Assembly (NCBI GenBank): GCA_964188305.1
Contig: OZ076900.1
Origin: Podarcis bocagei
Lineage: Eukaryota
DNA: 64,000 nucleotides
Direction: 5' to 3' (one strand)
Shown: positions 13,391-26,659 of the stretch, in pieces
Numbering within the stretch: position 1 is the stretch's first letter
How the letters are laid out: each line of letters starts with the position of its first letter
The notes under the pieces: generated by a model
Seen by the model: only the letters and a program-made list of their open reading frames with translations
What the model was told of the DNA's origin: nothing
Database searches by the model: none
Position numbers and translations under genes: made by a program

Positions 13391-16300
13391 TCCTTACCTG
13401 AATAGTCATGTAATCTTTCCTACGATGTAAAAAGACAAGACAAAACAAAACACCTTCTGAAAATCTAGGAGAATCTTGTGGAATTTAGCACTCATTTCCA
13501 TGTTAATTGCTCCCAGGAAAAAAAAAATCATTTGCAATCCCATTATCCCAGATAATCATATATAATTATTTCCCAGCACCTTTATCAAGGTGGGGGGGAG
13601 GAGGGGAGAGAAGCATATATGAGCATACGTAATGTGTTGGGGGGTTTGACATGTTTTGTGATGTCTGCTGTTGTATCACACCACACCCATTGGTTTGAAC
13701 AAAATGTAGCTTGACATGTTGGCATATTAATCAAAAAGCCATGGTTCCATAACATGGCAGCTAATGCAGAGTGAAATGTATGTTATAAGCCAGGGCAGCA
13801 GTGCCAGCAATATAACCAGGAAAACTAGTGCATTGGTCTGTACATCTGAATGCACCCAAATGGGCCCAATGCCTGATCCAGAAGGGCTCTCCTTATACCT
13901 TCTCCATCCCTTTTTATTATACTGTAGTGCCATGTTTCTTATCTCTCAGCTTCATTTCTTGTTATTGCATCAAAATGAGTTTGATGGGGGAGGAAAGTTA
14001 TAAATCTTTTCTGAAGTTTTTTTCTATGTTTATGGCTTAGGAAAATTGAGAATGAAGTCAATCTGCCACTCTGCGTAGTTTTGACTAGCAGAAATGAAAT
14101 TGCATCAGGAAAAGTTACCACTAAGGATGAATCAAAAGCGTTTAAGGGGGGAATGGGGGGGCGAACCTGACATTTTCTTGCACAGTAGGGAATCCTGTGA
14201 AAAAGGTAAATAAGAACAGTGCCTAATGTTTTTGTAAGTTCAAATAAGAGGGCAAATCTATCTCACTATCCATCTTTGCCCTGTCTTTTTCCTGTGATCA
14301 AGTCACGGAAATATGACTGCTAAGCAATAGCTGGCAGCTGTCGCTATCTTTGGGCTGTGAAAGTCTCGTGAGGCTCAAAAAGAGAGATAAAGGAGTAACA
14401 AAGGGGTAATTTATAGAGAAAATACAGTTCCAGATAACTCCAAGAAGCTACAGAGAAATTAATTGTTACTTCACCCCCACCATAGTTAATCCCATTCATG
14501 GAGGAAAAATAGGTTTGGTTGTAGTCAACTAAATCCTATTCAGAGTAGACTCATTGGAATTAATATGCTTAAGTTTGTCATGTCTTTCAATTTCAATAAT
14601 TAAACTCCAAGTATAGTTAACATCAGAAGCAACTCAACCAGAGCCAAGGAACAATGCATATTTATGGTGACAGCATCAATCAAGTTATCAGGATGTGAAT
14701 GGTACCCTGCAGATCTAATGCCACAACTCAGACTTTTCATTTTGCCATATAAAAGACAATGCTTTTCAACAGAGTCAGTTAACAGATTCAGCTTCCTCCC
14801 AGCAAGGACTGGTTCAGAGACACAAGTGGTGCACAAGATGACAGCACCAACAAGTGGTGCCTTGGCATGTGTAAATAAACTTCCATAGATGCGAGCACCA
14901 GGCACAGAACTTCACTATAACCTTGCATAGAATATTTTGAGTGGAGTCAGTTTACATAACCTTTCTAGCTGACATTTGCTGTGGAGGATACAAGGATCTC
15001 TCATGTTATTGCATCAAATCGTTTTTTTTATGTAAGCCACCTTGAAAATCTTTCTGGATCAAAAGGCAGGAGAAGAAATCAAATAGACTGTAGTGGTGAA
15101 CATGTAGAAAACCATTCTTGGTTTCTGTAACCCAGCCTCTAAACATGTTTACTAGAAATTAGGGGTGTCGGGGAATTCTTTCAGAAACAGGAATAGGAGT
15201 GGAAATTGCTTCAATTTGCAAGCTCGTCATACAGAAACAGAAATCATGGAAGTTAATAGGAGCAGTATTAGTTATCGTTATTTTAGCCTGCAAATGTTAT
15301 GTAAATAATTACATTATTATCTGCATAATTTTAAATGCTTCCCTTCTATTAAAATTGATTACACAATTCATTATGTTAGTTTTGGCCATAGCAGTTAATT
15401 AAAAGGGACTTTAGCATGTCAGACTGTATGGAACTGTATAGAACTGGAATGGAAGAATGGAAATAGAGCCTATTGCAGCAAAGACAGGATGGGTTGGAAA
15501 TTGCTGCCTCCTTATATCCCTATTCAGCATTCATTTCCCGGGTGGAAAATTTGCCATAAAGGCACAAACTCTGAAAGAGTAATTTCACTTCCTAGGTTGC
15601 CAGGGAATTCCTAAAAAATCATTTTCTAATTAAACAAACAAACAATTCCAGTAGCCACGCTTTTTAAAGTTTGTAGTCCCTTGATGTGATCTGCCTTTCT
15701 AGCTTCCTTTGCAGCAAACATAAATAATAACAATGAAATGAGTCATTGGTATTTACTATGACAAAATAATATCTGTTGCTATATAGTGTAGGTTAGCTTC
15801 TGGAATAATATGACAGTATAGTGGAACAGGAAAAATTGCATGTTGTTTTAATTCAAGAGAGGCTGAACACCTACTGTTTTGCGTTCTAAAGCCATCCATT
15901 TCATGAACAGTCGGAGTTCATATCTCTCACAGATACGTATTTCGTTTGTGTATTAATGTGTATGTTAATGTTTGTGTACTAATGTGTGTAGATATTCTAA
16001 TTGTGTATTAATACTGCGTAAGTCTGGTCAGAGAAAACCCTGGCAATGATTAAGCAGAGACAATCACAAGATTCACTGACATTTGGCAATTATTATAGCG
16101 CCCGGTCGATCTTTCCCATCCTGCTGTGTATTAGAACACATTTTCTTTCTTGCAGGATTCATAGGCAAGGGTGGTTGTTGTTAATGAAATGGAAGCCTTG
16201 GTCTCCTGCAGAAATGATAAGAGATTAGTGTAGCTCTGAAAATTATGATTGCTGCAGTAAATACAGGTGTTTTATACTGGTAGTGTTTCATGTGCATGCA

Positions 16301-18139
16301 TTTAGAAATCACAGCCTGATCAGGTACATGGAAAAAGCACTGGCATAAAACAGCTCCTTCCTGCAAAATGTGTGGAATTGACCAATGTATCGGTTTTCTT
16401 TATTTCAGTTTTCTCTCTTCCTCTCATTATTGTATTTGGAAGGTACAGTTACCAATAGACACAAACACATAAATCCCAGGTGTATTTACTAAAGTAAACC
16501 TTTGGGTAGGGATGGGCAAATCTGCTGATTTTAGTTTCTGACTTTTCTGGTTTAATGTTCTCCACATTCCCACATTAGTTTGGATTTTATTTTTTTTACA
16601 AAAAGTTCTCCTGGAAATCAATCAGCATTTTAGTGTGATTTTTTTTCCTAGCATGCACTTTTGCCTAATATACATATTTTTGTAAAGCAATTTCCTCAAA
16701 TATAGCACATTTTTTTTGCTGCTTTCACTAATAATTGCATTTTTGTACAGATTACTTGGCTGGAGTATTGAGATGTAAAATCTGAAGAAGTGTGAATTCA
16801 GTTAGCATATTGTTGCAGAAAATGTAAGTTTGCCTATCAGACAAAGCGAACTGAATTCCCCATCCCCAGCTCTATTTCTGAACCGGTTGACAGAACTTTA
16901 TGAAGACTAAAGGAGCAACATGTATAATAGTAGTAGTAGTGATGTTGGCAATACTACCCACAGTAGAGAGGTGCATGGACCCATTAGGCTTTTTCACTGG
17001 TGGTGCCAGAATTATGGAATTCATTCCCTGCTTAATTAAGACAGCCCCCTATTTTTCATTGGTATTCCACTTGTTTTAGAAGATGCATCTATATACACAG
17101 GCATTCCCTTGATCTCTTGACCCAAGTATGCAGTTTTAATTACATCATTGTTTTGATGGGATCACTCCATTGCATATTTTAATTATGGATGTTTATATTT
17201 TAATGGGATTATTTTTTGTGTATTTTAATTATAGATGCTTATTTTAATGTGTATGTCATCCATTGTGATACTTGTAAACCATTTAGAAGCCAATCCTGGC
17301 ATTAAGCAGTGCTTAGAAAAATATTAATAGAACATTAGGAAGAAGAATGCACAGACATGGCCAATGCTCAAATTAATTCCCCCATTTCTCGTCAGAAACA
17401 AAAGGATGACCTGGCCTCCAGGAGCAGAGGCATACGAATGGACCTTTCATCCATAGATTGCTCTGCAATCATTTCCTAATGCACAAGACTGCAGGCGAGA
17501 ATATTTGAATCCTGTTTAGATCAAGCAGTTCTATAATTATCCAATCATTCCTACAATTGTGTTTTTGACTAACAATTCCACCTCTTTCAAAGCCTCTGTG
17601 CAGGGTGGAGGTCCAAGTCTGGTCCCTGCCTTGCTGTGATCTATTTCATAATTCTGGATCCAGCTTTAGCCAGGGCAATTAAGAATTGGAACACGAGAAC
17701 CCATTTTCGGCCACTTCCTCAAGTTACTTCTAACATGGCAGGAAAGGAACAAATGAGAAAATGCTGCAGCTTATCCTCACCCTGGGGTGCAAACTTGGGG
17801 GTGGCCAAGTAAGCCCTGCCCTGCCCTGAATAATTAATCACATGATGTGGCACATGGACACCATTTGAATGGCAATGCCCATCAACTTGTGGGTGGCATC
17901 CCCTCAAATAGTTTATTGGGGGGCGAAGATCCCTCGGCCCCTAGGAGCTGGCTCCCATGTCCTCACCTGCTATCAGGAGGGTTAGCCCACCTGTGAGGTG
18001 ATTGTCTCTGGTGGCAGAATCCACAGGGGCAGCAGATCTGGCTTCCAAGGAATGCATTGCCCACTGATACTGCTGCTGCAATAACAGCAATGGCTGTGGT
18101 GTGCTCCTTGGAGGTTGGATCTGCTGCCTGCACCCCAAG

Positions 18140-18573
18140 CAGTGCCAGATTTACATATAAGCTAAACAAGCTATAGCTTAGGGCCCCACTCTCTTGGGGG
18201 GCCTCCAAAAAATTTAAAGAGAGAGAGTGTTGTGTAGTGGTTAAGAGGAGTGGACTCGTAATCTGGTGAACCGGGTTCGCTTCCCCGCTTCTCCACATGC
18301 AGCTGCTTGGTGACCTTGGGCTAGTCACACTTCTCTGTTATAAAGTGGGATATCAAATCCAAACTCCTCTTCTTCTTCTACTTAAAGGACAAAAAAGTGG
18401 ATGTACATTTCCAAAATATAAGATAAAAAACAAATAAAATGGCCTATTAAGTCGATAAATTACCATACACAAAAAACAGCGACAATTTGTTGTTAACAAA
18501 GGTCAGCTGGACATATAAAGGGCCCCGTTACCTTCAGTAGCTTAGGGCCTCATCAAACCTAAATCCGGCCCTG
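18140..18573. mobile_element. hAT MITE nested in the older element
   Basis: 8-bp TSD ACCCCAAG (18132-18139, 18574-18581). TIRs CAGTGCCAGATTTA / CAGGGCCGGATTTA. Confidence 0.87.
18223..18381 (+). mobile_element. Squam3-like SINE, internally deleted, nested in the MITE
   Basis: tRNA-like head GTGTAGTGGTTAAGAG...GGGTTCG and (CTT)n tail. Matches 47713-47975 without the middle part. Confidence 0.8.
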
Positions 18574-19519
18574 ACCCCAAGCTACCTCTACAGCAGCCTC
18601 TTGGTGAATAGGAAATGCTGCTGGTTTCCTTCTCCCACCCCATCCCATTCCTCTTTATTTCTCCTTTGTTCCTGATGAAGATATTCACTCACCCCTTCCT
18701 CCCTGATGCAAGGGCGCCATTTTGTGGTTCGCTTCAGGTGCTAAGATGTCTTGGGCTGGCCCTGCCTATCATGAGTAAGTTCTGAAAGCTAGCTGCGACC
18801 TGCTTCAAGATACAACAGGGAGCTGAAGCAGAAGATACCTCCCCCTCATTCAGTTTTTCATTTTCCCCAAATGACACCCAGCATTTGATGATTGCTAATC
18901 ATGCACATTCCTAATTATGCTGTGGGGGTTTTGGGGTGACTCCTTAGGCATTTTTAAAAAATAAAGTTTGCACTTTTTCATATTTCAGGGTTCCCTCAAG
19001 CATGCCTTTACTTCCCTCTTTTTATTCCGTGGCCCCATTTCCCCTCAATTTCTATTGGCACTCACCACCCTGGTTTGCTATTGGGGGGAGTGACACATAT
19101 ATTTTGCTTGAAGATTCTGATTGAGAGCAACAGATTGCAGATGATAAGAACAGAGAAACAGCAGCCCAACAGCCATCTGCTGAGCATCTCTCTGGAGAAT
19201 TCAACACTAAGAGAAGTAGGTGACTGAAGAGCATTGGAAGCGAATATACACACCATTAGCTAAGTGACAGCATGAGGAATAGCAACCTTTTTAGGGTTAG
19301 CTTTAACAAAATAAAAAATAAAAAGATTGCCAGAGTTGTTCTCCCCCCCCCCCCCTCCCCATCAGATTTCAGAAAGGCAACAATACTGAGCATGCTGAAG
19401 TATAGCAGATTCTCAAGGAAAGGCATCACTGTCTTTTTCACTTCTTATCTTAGAACCAGAAAGGGAAACCAGGATTATGCCATGTCTGGAGCACTTTTGA
19501 AGCCCTAAATCTAAGGCAA

Positions 19520-19685
19520 AGGCCATAACTCAGTGGTAAGACATTTGCTCTGCATGCAGAATGTACATCCCCTGGCAACTCCAGGCAGGACTGTGCGTGT
19601 TCTCTGGAGAGCCACTGCCAATGCATTGGCCAAACTGAGTTTAATGGAATGTTGGCCTGACCCCATGTAAGGCAGCTCCCTATAT
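19520..19685 (+). mobile_element. tRNA-derived SINE (Squam2-like)
   Basis: A-box-like GGCCATAACTCAGTGGTA head, body GAGAGCCACTGCCA, and tail AAGGCAGCTCCCTAT. Confidence 0.65.
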
Positions 19686-19969
19686 TCTTTACTTTTGCTG
19701 TTGGGGCCCTTGATCTATTAGAAAAGGCCAAAGCATTTGTTGGCTTTTTCATATATGAAAAAGGTGGTGGTGGGGAAACACAACAGAGACTTACAAAGAT
19801 TATTAGAGGGATTTCATAAAACTCAAGTGTACTAGAACCAGAGTCGCCTAATATAGCTGAAGAGGTTTGGAGGAAATGAAAAAAAGAAAAAAATCCATAA
19901 TGCATTACTTACACAATCTTCTGTCTCAACTTCTGCAATGGCTGCTAATCTAAACCTGCCATCTGCCAT

Positions 19970-20210
19970 CTGTCCCAGCTCCTGCCAACCTAGCAGTTCG
20001 GAAGCACAGCAGTGTAAGTAGATAAATAGGTACCGCTGCAGTGGGAAGGTAAATCGTTACGGTGTCCCATTGCACCAGAAGTGGTTTAGTCATGTTGGCT
20101 GGAAAACTGTCTGTGGACAAACTCCGGCTCCCTCATCCTGAAAGCGGAGATGAGTGCTGTACCCCATATTCAAATTCAGTTGGACTTAACTGTCCAAGGA
20201 TCCTTTACTA
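19970..20210 (+). mobile_element. Sauria SINE, older 5'-truncated copy
   Basis: CTCCTGCCAACCTAGCAGTTCG...AGTAGATAAATAGGTACCGC...CCTTTAC. Confidence 0.8.
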
Positions 20211-20508
20211 TATCTTTCTTTATTAATGTAGGTTTTTTTCACTCCCCCCTTTCCTTCTCTTTCATCACCATAACTGAAATTCTTTTAATAAAATATTGAT
20301 AATAAAAAAGACAGAGAAAACAAACAATGAACAAGATGGTAACATATGATTTGGGGGGGGGGGAAGTAGCACTGTGTTGTAGTTTAGGGTTAAGGGTGGC
20401 CCTAAGATTGGCAGGCTATAACAGAAGACCATTGAATACTGCTGGAACCTAATAAATGATGTCTAAGACATAGAAGGAAAGCACAGCAGAAACTGATCTA
20501 TAGAGCTC

Positions 20509-20539
<31 letters not shown>

Positions 20540-20560
20540 GCTGCTGCTGCTGCTGCTGCT
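20509..20560. repeat. Compound (GTT)n(GCT)n microsatellite
   Basis: Seen directly. Confidence 0.95.
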
Positions 20561-22299
20561 GTTTTTCCTGAACCCTAAGTTCCAAAGAAAGAGCACAGCA
20601 GCCCTGTAACTCATAGAACCATATTTATAAATTCCCCATGGTCCTGGTGTCTTTTCTTTTCATCTCTCTTATTATAACAAGAACTTGGGGTGGGTGTGGG
20701 AAACACAAGCATATCTAGGTATCTGATGACAACTCCTGGAGCTGTAAAAATTCTAGAGTGTCCAACGTTTCTCTTCAGTAGCTGTGTCTGATGCTTGTGT
20801 CTGAGAATAACTTAGCTGTCCATTGCATTTTTGCAAGGGAAAAGGGTGGGGGGTGGATGGGTAATCAGAGTCAGATGACTGGCTCTGCCCCCCATTAGCT
20901 GCTCTGCCTACGGTCCCACCAGTTGTGTTAGTTTTTAGCCACCCCTGGAGAAAGACTATGGGTACTTAATTTTTAATAAAGTAGATTTTTTTTGCCCCTT
21001 GGTCTATGCAGCAGATGTTTGTCCATGCCAGCAAGCCACTGCTTTTTGAGTTTGTTCTTTATCAGTGCAAAATTACTCCTTTTCTTAACTCTGCCTGTTT
21101 TTGAAAGCATAATAGTAATCTTTTGATTCTTAAAGCAGAAATACCCTATTATCCTTTCCTTTTAAGCATCCTAAAGTACTCTCGAGTCATGAATGGCTCT
21201 CAAATTCATCCGCCACTAAAAAGAGTCATAAGAAGAAAGCTTGTTATTTTCGGCATGCAAGGAAGGTATAACTCAGGGCATCATTTCATATCCTCATAAT
21301 AGCTGCATTGTGTAACTGCCAGGGCAAAATGAATAGCTCTGTAAATATAAATCAGTGCAAAGTTCTTTCAAAGAAGTGGCAAAGTTGTCAAAACAATCAG
21401 CAGTTTCGCTGCATTTTGTTGGCCTGTCCAAAACTCAAATCCCGAATGGCTGAGCTTAATTGCAAGATTAGTGCACCGTAGTCATCATTTTTGTATATTT
21501 ATATTATTATCCATTGTTGTCATCAATGTTGCTTTGGAGGTCAAAATAAGCTGGGAGGGGGGATTGCTGCCCCAAGGAGCTTTATGATCTAGATTGTTGA
21601 AAGCAGGGGGACACAGGTGATGGTATATATATGTGTAAATGTGAATTTACTAAGCTTCATGTGAGCTGGAACTAAAAGATCAGCATATTCTGAATGTACA
21701 ATGAGTACAAGGGGTGTATTTTGATCACTAGAGCTTCCACTGGATGAAACCAAACAGACCAAGCACTGACTCAACAACTGGCAAATCTTAAAGATCATCC
21801 AAGCAGTGCTGGAAACACTGCACAGGTACAAGTGTGCATCAATAATACTTAATGGGTGGTACTCAGGCACCATTAAGTTTTCAACACCCATTTTTGGCAG
21901 TTTTTTCTTCATAATAGTGCACACATCCAACACTCACTGGGTCATAGGAGACCCAGTCCATAGCCCTAGATAGATGTGGCCACAGGATCGAGACTTCAGA
22001 TAATTAATAAATCACCAACTCAAGATAGAGAGATAGCTAGCATGGGGAAAGTTCAATGTGTTGAATCCCCAATGAATGGAGATTCAGTCACTGGGATTTG
22101 CCTGAAGCTGGCAAGAAATGGTGGCAAGGGAGAGCGGAAAGGGTTGGCTGAAGATCTGCCCTAGGGCAAGGGTAGTAAGGAGCAGGACACAGCCAAAGGG
22201 ACTAAGGTAGGTTGAGGTTGCAAGGAGGCAAGGAACAGCTAGGATGGAAAATAGGCTCAGGGTTTAGAAGAACATGGTTGGAAGTCTTAAGAAGCATAC

Positions 22300-22610
22300 C
22301 ATAAGAACATAAGTAAAGCTCTGCTAGATCAGGCCAATGGACCATCTAGTCCAGCATCTTGTTCTCACAGTGGCCAACCAGATGGCCATGAGAAACTCAC
22401 AAGCAAGACCTGAATGCAACAGCACTCTCTCTATTTGTGATTCCCAATGACTGGTATGCAAAGACACCTCTTCATGACTTGTGCCCACTAATAGCCTTTT
22501 TCATGAATTCATCTGAGGTTGGTACCTCTTATGGGAATGCACTGCTTGAAGAAGTAGTTTCTTTAATTCACCTGAATTTTCCAGCATTCAGCTTCCTTGG
22601 AAATGACATG
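22300..22610 (-). mobile_element. CR1 3'-end fragment
   Basis: CATAAGAACATAAG terminal octamer repeats and a 3' UTR homologous to 25675-25900. Confidence 0.7.
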
Positions 22611-23299
22611 TTCCTCAGGCAAAGAGGGCTGGTGACAACTTGAGAAGCATTTCTACCCAGCAAAAAGGAAAGAAAGAGTGCAGGAAGGAGAAATTTGTTC
22701 TCAGAAGATTTATTACAGTTCAGTGTGCTTCGGAACACAAGGTTCCTTCTTCAGGAGCAGTCTGTAGAATAACTGAAGCAGCTTACACAATATATTTCTG
22801 CCTGTCTGGCATCATGGCTTATGCATGCCCTATAAGAATCAGATGTCCGAAATCAGCACAAGCCAGAATCCCAAGGAGATTTCCAGGCAACCGGTGCCCT
22901 CACACTGCAGAATCATCACATGAGCACTGCTGCCCTTGATCACAGCTTCCAGTCGTGCCAGCTTGCATTCTGTGCCAATGCTAATCAATAGTGAAAGGGA
23001 TAAAAAGAACGTTAGCTCTTAAACTGTTCATAATTAGGCCTTGGAGTATAAAATAGGCCCTTCTTTTCAGTGTGAATGTTAGAGGCTCACCCATTTCTTT
23101 GTGGTTCTGCCCCCTGTGGCTCCAGGGACACAGATAGATCACAGCTTGCACTGTAAAGCTTTTCTTACCAGCCGACAAGGCTGAATCTGTTCTAAAAAGA
23201 AAGCTTTTTTATTTTATTTTTAAAAGATATATATGTAAAGCAGCTACATTTGCAGGAAACCATTAAATCTTTCGGAATCTCCCGAGTTGTCAGACTTTG

Positions 23300-25443
23300 T
23301 TTTTTTTTATAAGATATTTATTGAGATTTTCAAAATGTTACAAAATAAAATAAAAGCAGAAGAAAATACAAAATAAAAATAGTTAACAAAGTAGAAAAAG
23401 AAAAAAATAACAAACGCCTTCCAACCATACGAATACAAATTCAAAAATAAGAAAAAGATACAGAAAAAAATTACAAAAATACACCACAAACAATTAAGAA
23501 CATTTAAAAACAAATTCATTATTCTCCAATCCTCAACTGTCATTACCTTCTTTCTTTGACCTCCTCCTCCTCCCTTTCTTTGTATCCTAGTTATTAATTA
23601 TCCCAGCAAATCCTTTCCATATTTCATAATATTCTGTCATTACATTACTTTAAACTGTTTTAATCTTATCTTTCTATAGAAAAATAAACCTTAAAGCTTA
23701 AAACTTAAATCTTATCCTTACCAACTTCTCATAACCATAATATTCTTTCATAATTCTTTAAACATCTTTACTAAAGCCGAGTAATTTCATTCCAACATTT
23801 TTCTGACATTCATCAATTTTATAAAACAGTTCTAATGGTAAAAAAAAGAAATACAAACAGATCCAATCTTCATCCAACGTCCCTTCCTCCTGGTTTCGGG
23901 TTTTGCCAGTCCTTATTATCCCATTGATCTAGCCCATTAACTTGGCAACCTTATATCCAAGGCCCTCAAGTCTCTTCCATGTCCCTTCCGCAGCTCTTCT
24001 TCATATTTATAACTGTATTTTCCCTTGTCTCCTGCTCGTGGTAACTCCAGCTTGGCAATATTTTTAACCCTTCTCGACAGATCAGCCCCTTTTCCATATT
24101 CAACACTGAATTCCATATGGTATTTAAAAGCATGTTTCAAAGACCCTCCAAAATTAAGAGCCCCCACAATCCCAAACATCTCACGGCCCATTGCCAGATT
24201 TGAAAAGTCCAAACATCCCAGCATAGGGGGGTCAATCCAGCCCCCCATTTCCAAGCCAAACCAAACTTTTTCTTTCCAAATCTGGCTTTTTCCAAGTTCA
24301 TTTGTCAAATCCGAAAACTCATATTCCTGTTGGGCCTGTTCTGTCAGGACACACTCCTGATTTAATTCCTGGGTGGGCTCCACATATTTTCCCACTGTCT
24401 GTTCAAAATTTCCCACTGCCTGTTCAAAATTTCTAGTTGAAGTCACCATCAAATTCACCTTCTCATGTAACTGTTCCAGTAGGGCATCTGTTTTATAGAA
24501 AGCACACAACAAAGCTTCTGAATACATTGTCCTGCAAGGTCAAATGCCTATTCCCACGATTGTAATCTGTAACAGCTGCTGGCTCCCTGGAGTTGGCTAC
24601 AGTTTCACAGTCTCCCTCTAGGGGGGAAACTTCTATTTGTTCTTGCAACAAAGTTTCCCTTTTTGAGATACTTTGTCAATATTTATTCCTTTAAAGTGCG
24701 AAGGGAAGCAGTGGAATCACTATGTTTCTCTTCTTTTAGCTATCTGTCAAAAACGTTTGTCTCTGGTCAATGAACTTCAAACGTCAGTCCTGACACCCTG
24801 CTCCAGGATCAGGACAGAGGAAAGTTGCTTTACTTTAAACTCACTTTAAACAGTCCGAAAAAGATCCCCCTTCTTCTCCTGCTGTCGAAGTGGGGTTCCA
24901 CAATTTTAAATGATGAAATCCAATCCTTTAAAGGCGATTTTCTGAGCTCTAGTTTACGTTGTCTTTGCTTTATTCTGTCTACAAAAGAACGGAAGGCTGA
25001 CTTCCTGTTTAGACCTTCCTGTTCCGTACCAAATTAAAATAGATTTTTAAGATCCAATTCCTTTCTGCTCACAAGTCCCCATTTAATTTCCAGTTGTTCA
25101 AAGTCTAAGTACTCACGGGTGCTTATTTTAGAGTCCAAATTGTCCCAGGAAAAAGGCAGCGCTTTCCGGCAACGGCTATGCGGCTTTGCTCCGCGGAAAT
25201 AGCAGTTGACTCACAGCACCGCGCCACTTCCCCCTCTTCACTTTGGAGCCCGTTAGTGGGTTCCTTAGCGAGTTGGGGGGCGCTAAAGGTGCCCGCCGAG
25301 TCCCATGGTTACAGCCTTCACCCGCCTGTGATTTTTAAAAGGGTCCCCGCTTCGCCGTAGCGGAGAAGACCCATTTCCCGCGGAGCTAGTCCCTCCAGTT
25401 CAGAGGGAGTCCGCCATTGCCGATGGTGCCACCCCAGAAGTCC
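23300..25443 (-). mobile_element. Non-autonomous L1-derived retroelement, about 2.14 kb, with intact 5' end and polyA
   Basis: 19-bp TSD CCCGAG(T/C)TGTCAGACTTTG (23281-23299, 25444-25462). CpG-rich 5' end, AATAAA plus polyA at the 3' end, and an ORF2 C-terminal remnant (RNQEEGTLDEDW...IDEC) resembling the L1 at 50213. No RT domain. Confidence 0.82.
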
Positions 25444-25674
25444 CCCGAGCTGTCAGACTTTGATTCCTGGCACAAGCATATCAGGGTCTTGCTTTGGTTT
25501 GGTTTGCTTAATTCCTAGACTGTACCAACCCTCATAGACTTTTGCATACCCTTTGCATACACAACAGTCAGTGTATACAAAATGAATTCATGCACCACAC
25601 AGCACACATTGCTTATCATGATGTTCCATCACTGTGAGGTTGATTAAAAGTTAACCAGTCACAAACCACAAATT

Positions 25675-26143
25675 AAGAACATAAGATGAGCCTGATCAGT
25701 CAGGCCAATGACCCATCTAGTCCAGCATTCTTGTCTCACAGTGGCTGACCAGATGCCTGTAGGAAGCCTGCAAACTGGACACGAGTGCAATGGCATGCAC
25801 CCCAACTGTGATTCCCAGCAATTGGTATTCAGAGGCATTATGCCTCAACAGTGGAGGCAGAACATAGCGATCCCAGCTAGTAATTGTTGATAGCCTTCAT
25901 GAATTTGTCTAATCCTCTTTTAAAACCATGCTAGTTGATGGCCACCATTGCCTCTTGTGGGAGTGAGTTCCATAGTTTAATTATGTGTTGCATGAAGAAG
26001 TACTTTCTTTTGTCTGTCCTGAATCTTCCAGCATTCAGCTTCATTGAGTGCCCATGAATTCTAGCATTATGAGAGGGGGAGAAAACCATTTCTCTATGCA
26101 CTGTCTCCATGCCATGCATAATTTTATAAACTTCTCTCATAGG
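25675..26143 (-). mobile_element. CR1 LINE 3' end
   Basis: EVYKIMHG...GHSMKLNAGRFRTDKRKYFFMQHIIKLWNSLPQE is the CR1 ORF2 C-terminus, followed by 3' UTR and terminal repeats. Confidence 0.88.
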
Positions 26144-26147
26144 AAAC

Positions 26148-26504
26148 CTAAATGGCCTCGGTCCAGTATATCTGAAGGAGCATCTCTTCCCCCCCCCCCC
26201 GGCCACTCTACCTGGCCACTGAGATCCAGTGCCAAGGGCCTTCTGGCGGTTCCCTCCCTGCGAGAAGCCAAGTTACAGGCAACTAGGCAGAGGGCCTTCT
26301 CGGTAGTGGCACCCTCCCTGTGGAACGCCCTCCCACCAGATGTCAAAGAGAACAGCTACTACCAGACTTTTAGAAGACATCTGAAGGCAGCCCTCTTTAG
26401 GGAAGCTTTTAATGTTTGATGCATTATTGTATTTTAATATTTTGTTGAAAGCCGCCCAGAGTGGCTGGGGAGGCCCAGCCAGATGGGCGGGGTATAAATA
26501 ATAA

Positions 26505-26559
<55 letters not shown>
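26148..26559 (+). mobile_element. L2 LINE 3' fragment with (TAT)n tail, same family as 1-1720
   Basis: LRSSAKGLLAVPSLREAKLQ.TRQRAF...ALFRE.FNV is nearly identical to the C-terminus of the ORF at 555-1583. Confidence 0.92.
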
Positions 26560-26659
26560 GGGACTCCATATGTCATTGGATTCTAACTCCCAACAGCCCT
26601 AGCCAAAATGCCCACTGACCAAGGATAATGGAATTTATTTGTTGTTTATTTATTGTGTC

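Larger units (their letters stand above)
17965..18765. mobile_element. Old non-autonomous DNA transposon (hAT-like), interrupted by younger insertions
   Basis: Colinear with 39885-40222 once 18140-18581 is removed (shared CACAGGGGCAG.AGATC, CACTCACCCCTTC and CCATTTTGTGGTT.GCTTCAGGTGC). Confidence 0.65.

Noticed and set aside
25931-26419. ORFs spanning the CR1/L2 junction as a chimeric gene
   Set aside because: Read-through across two truncated LINE fragments in opposite orientation.
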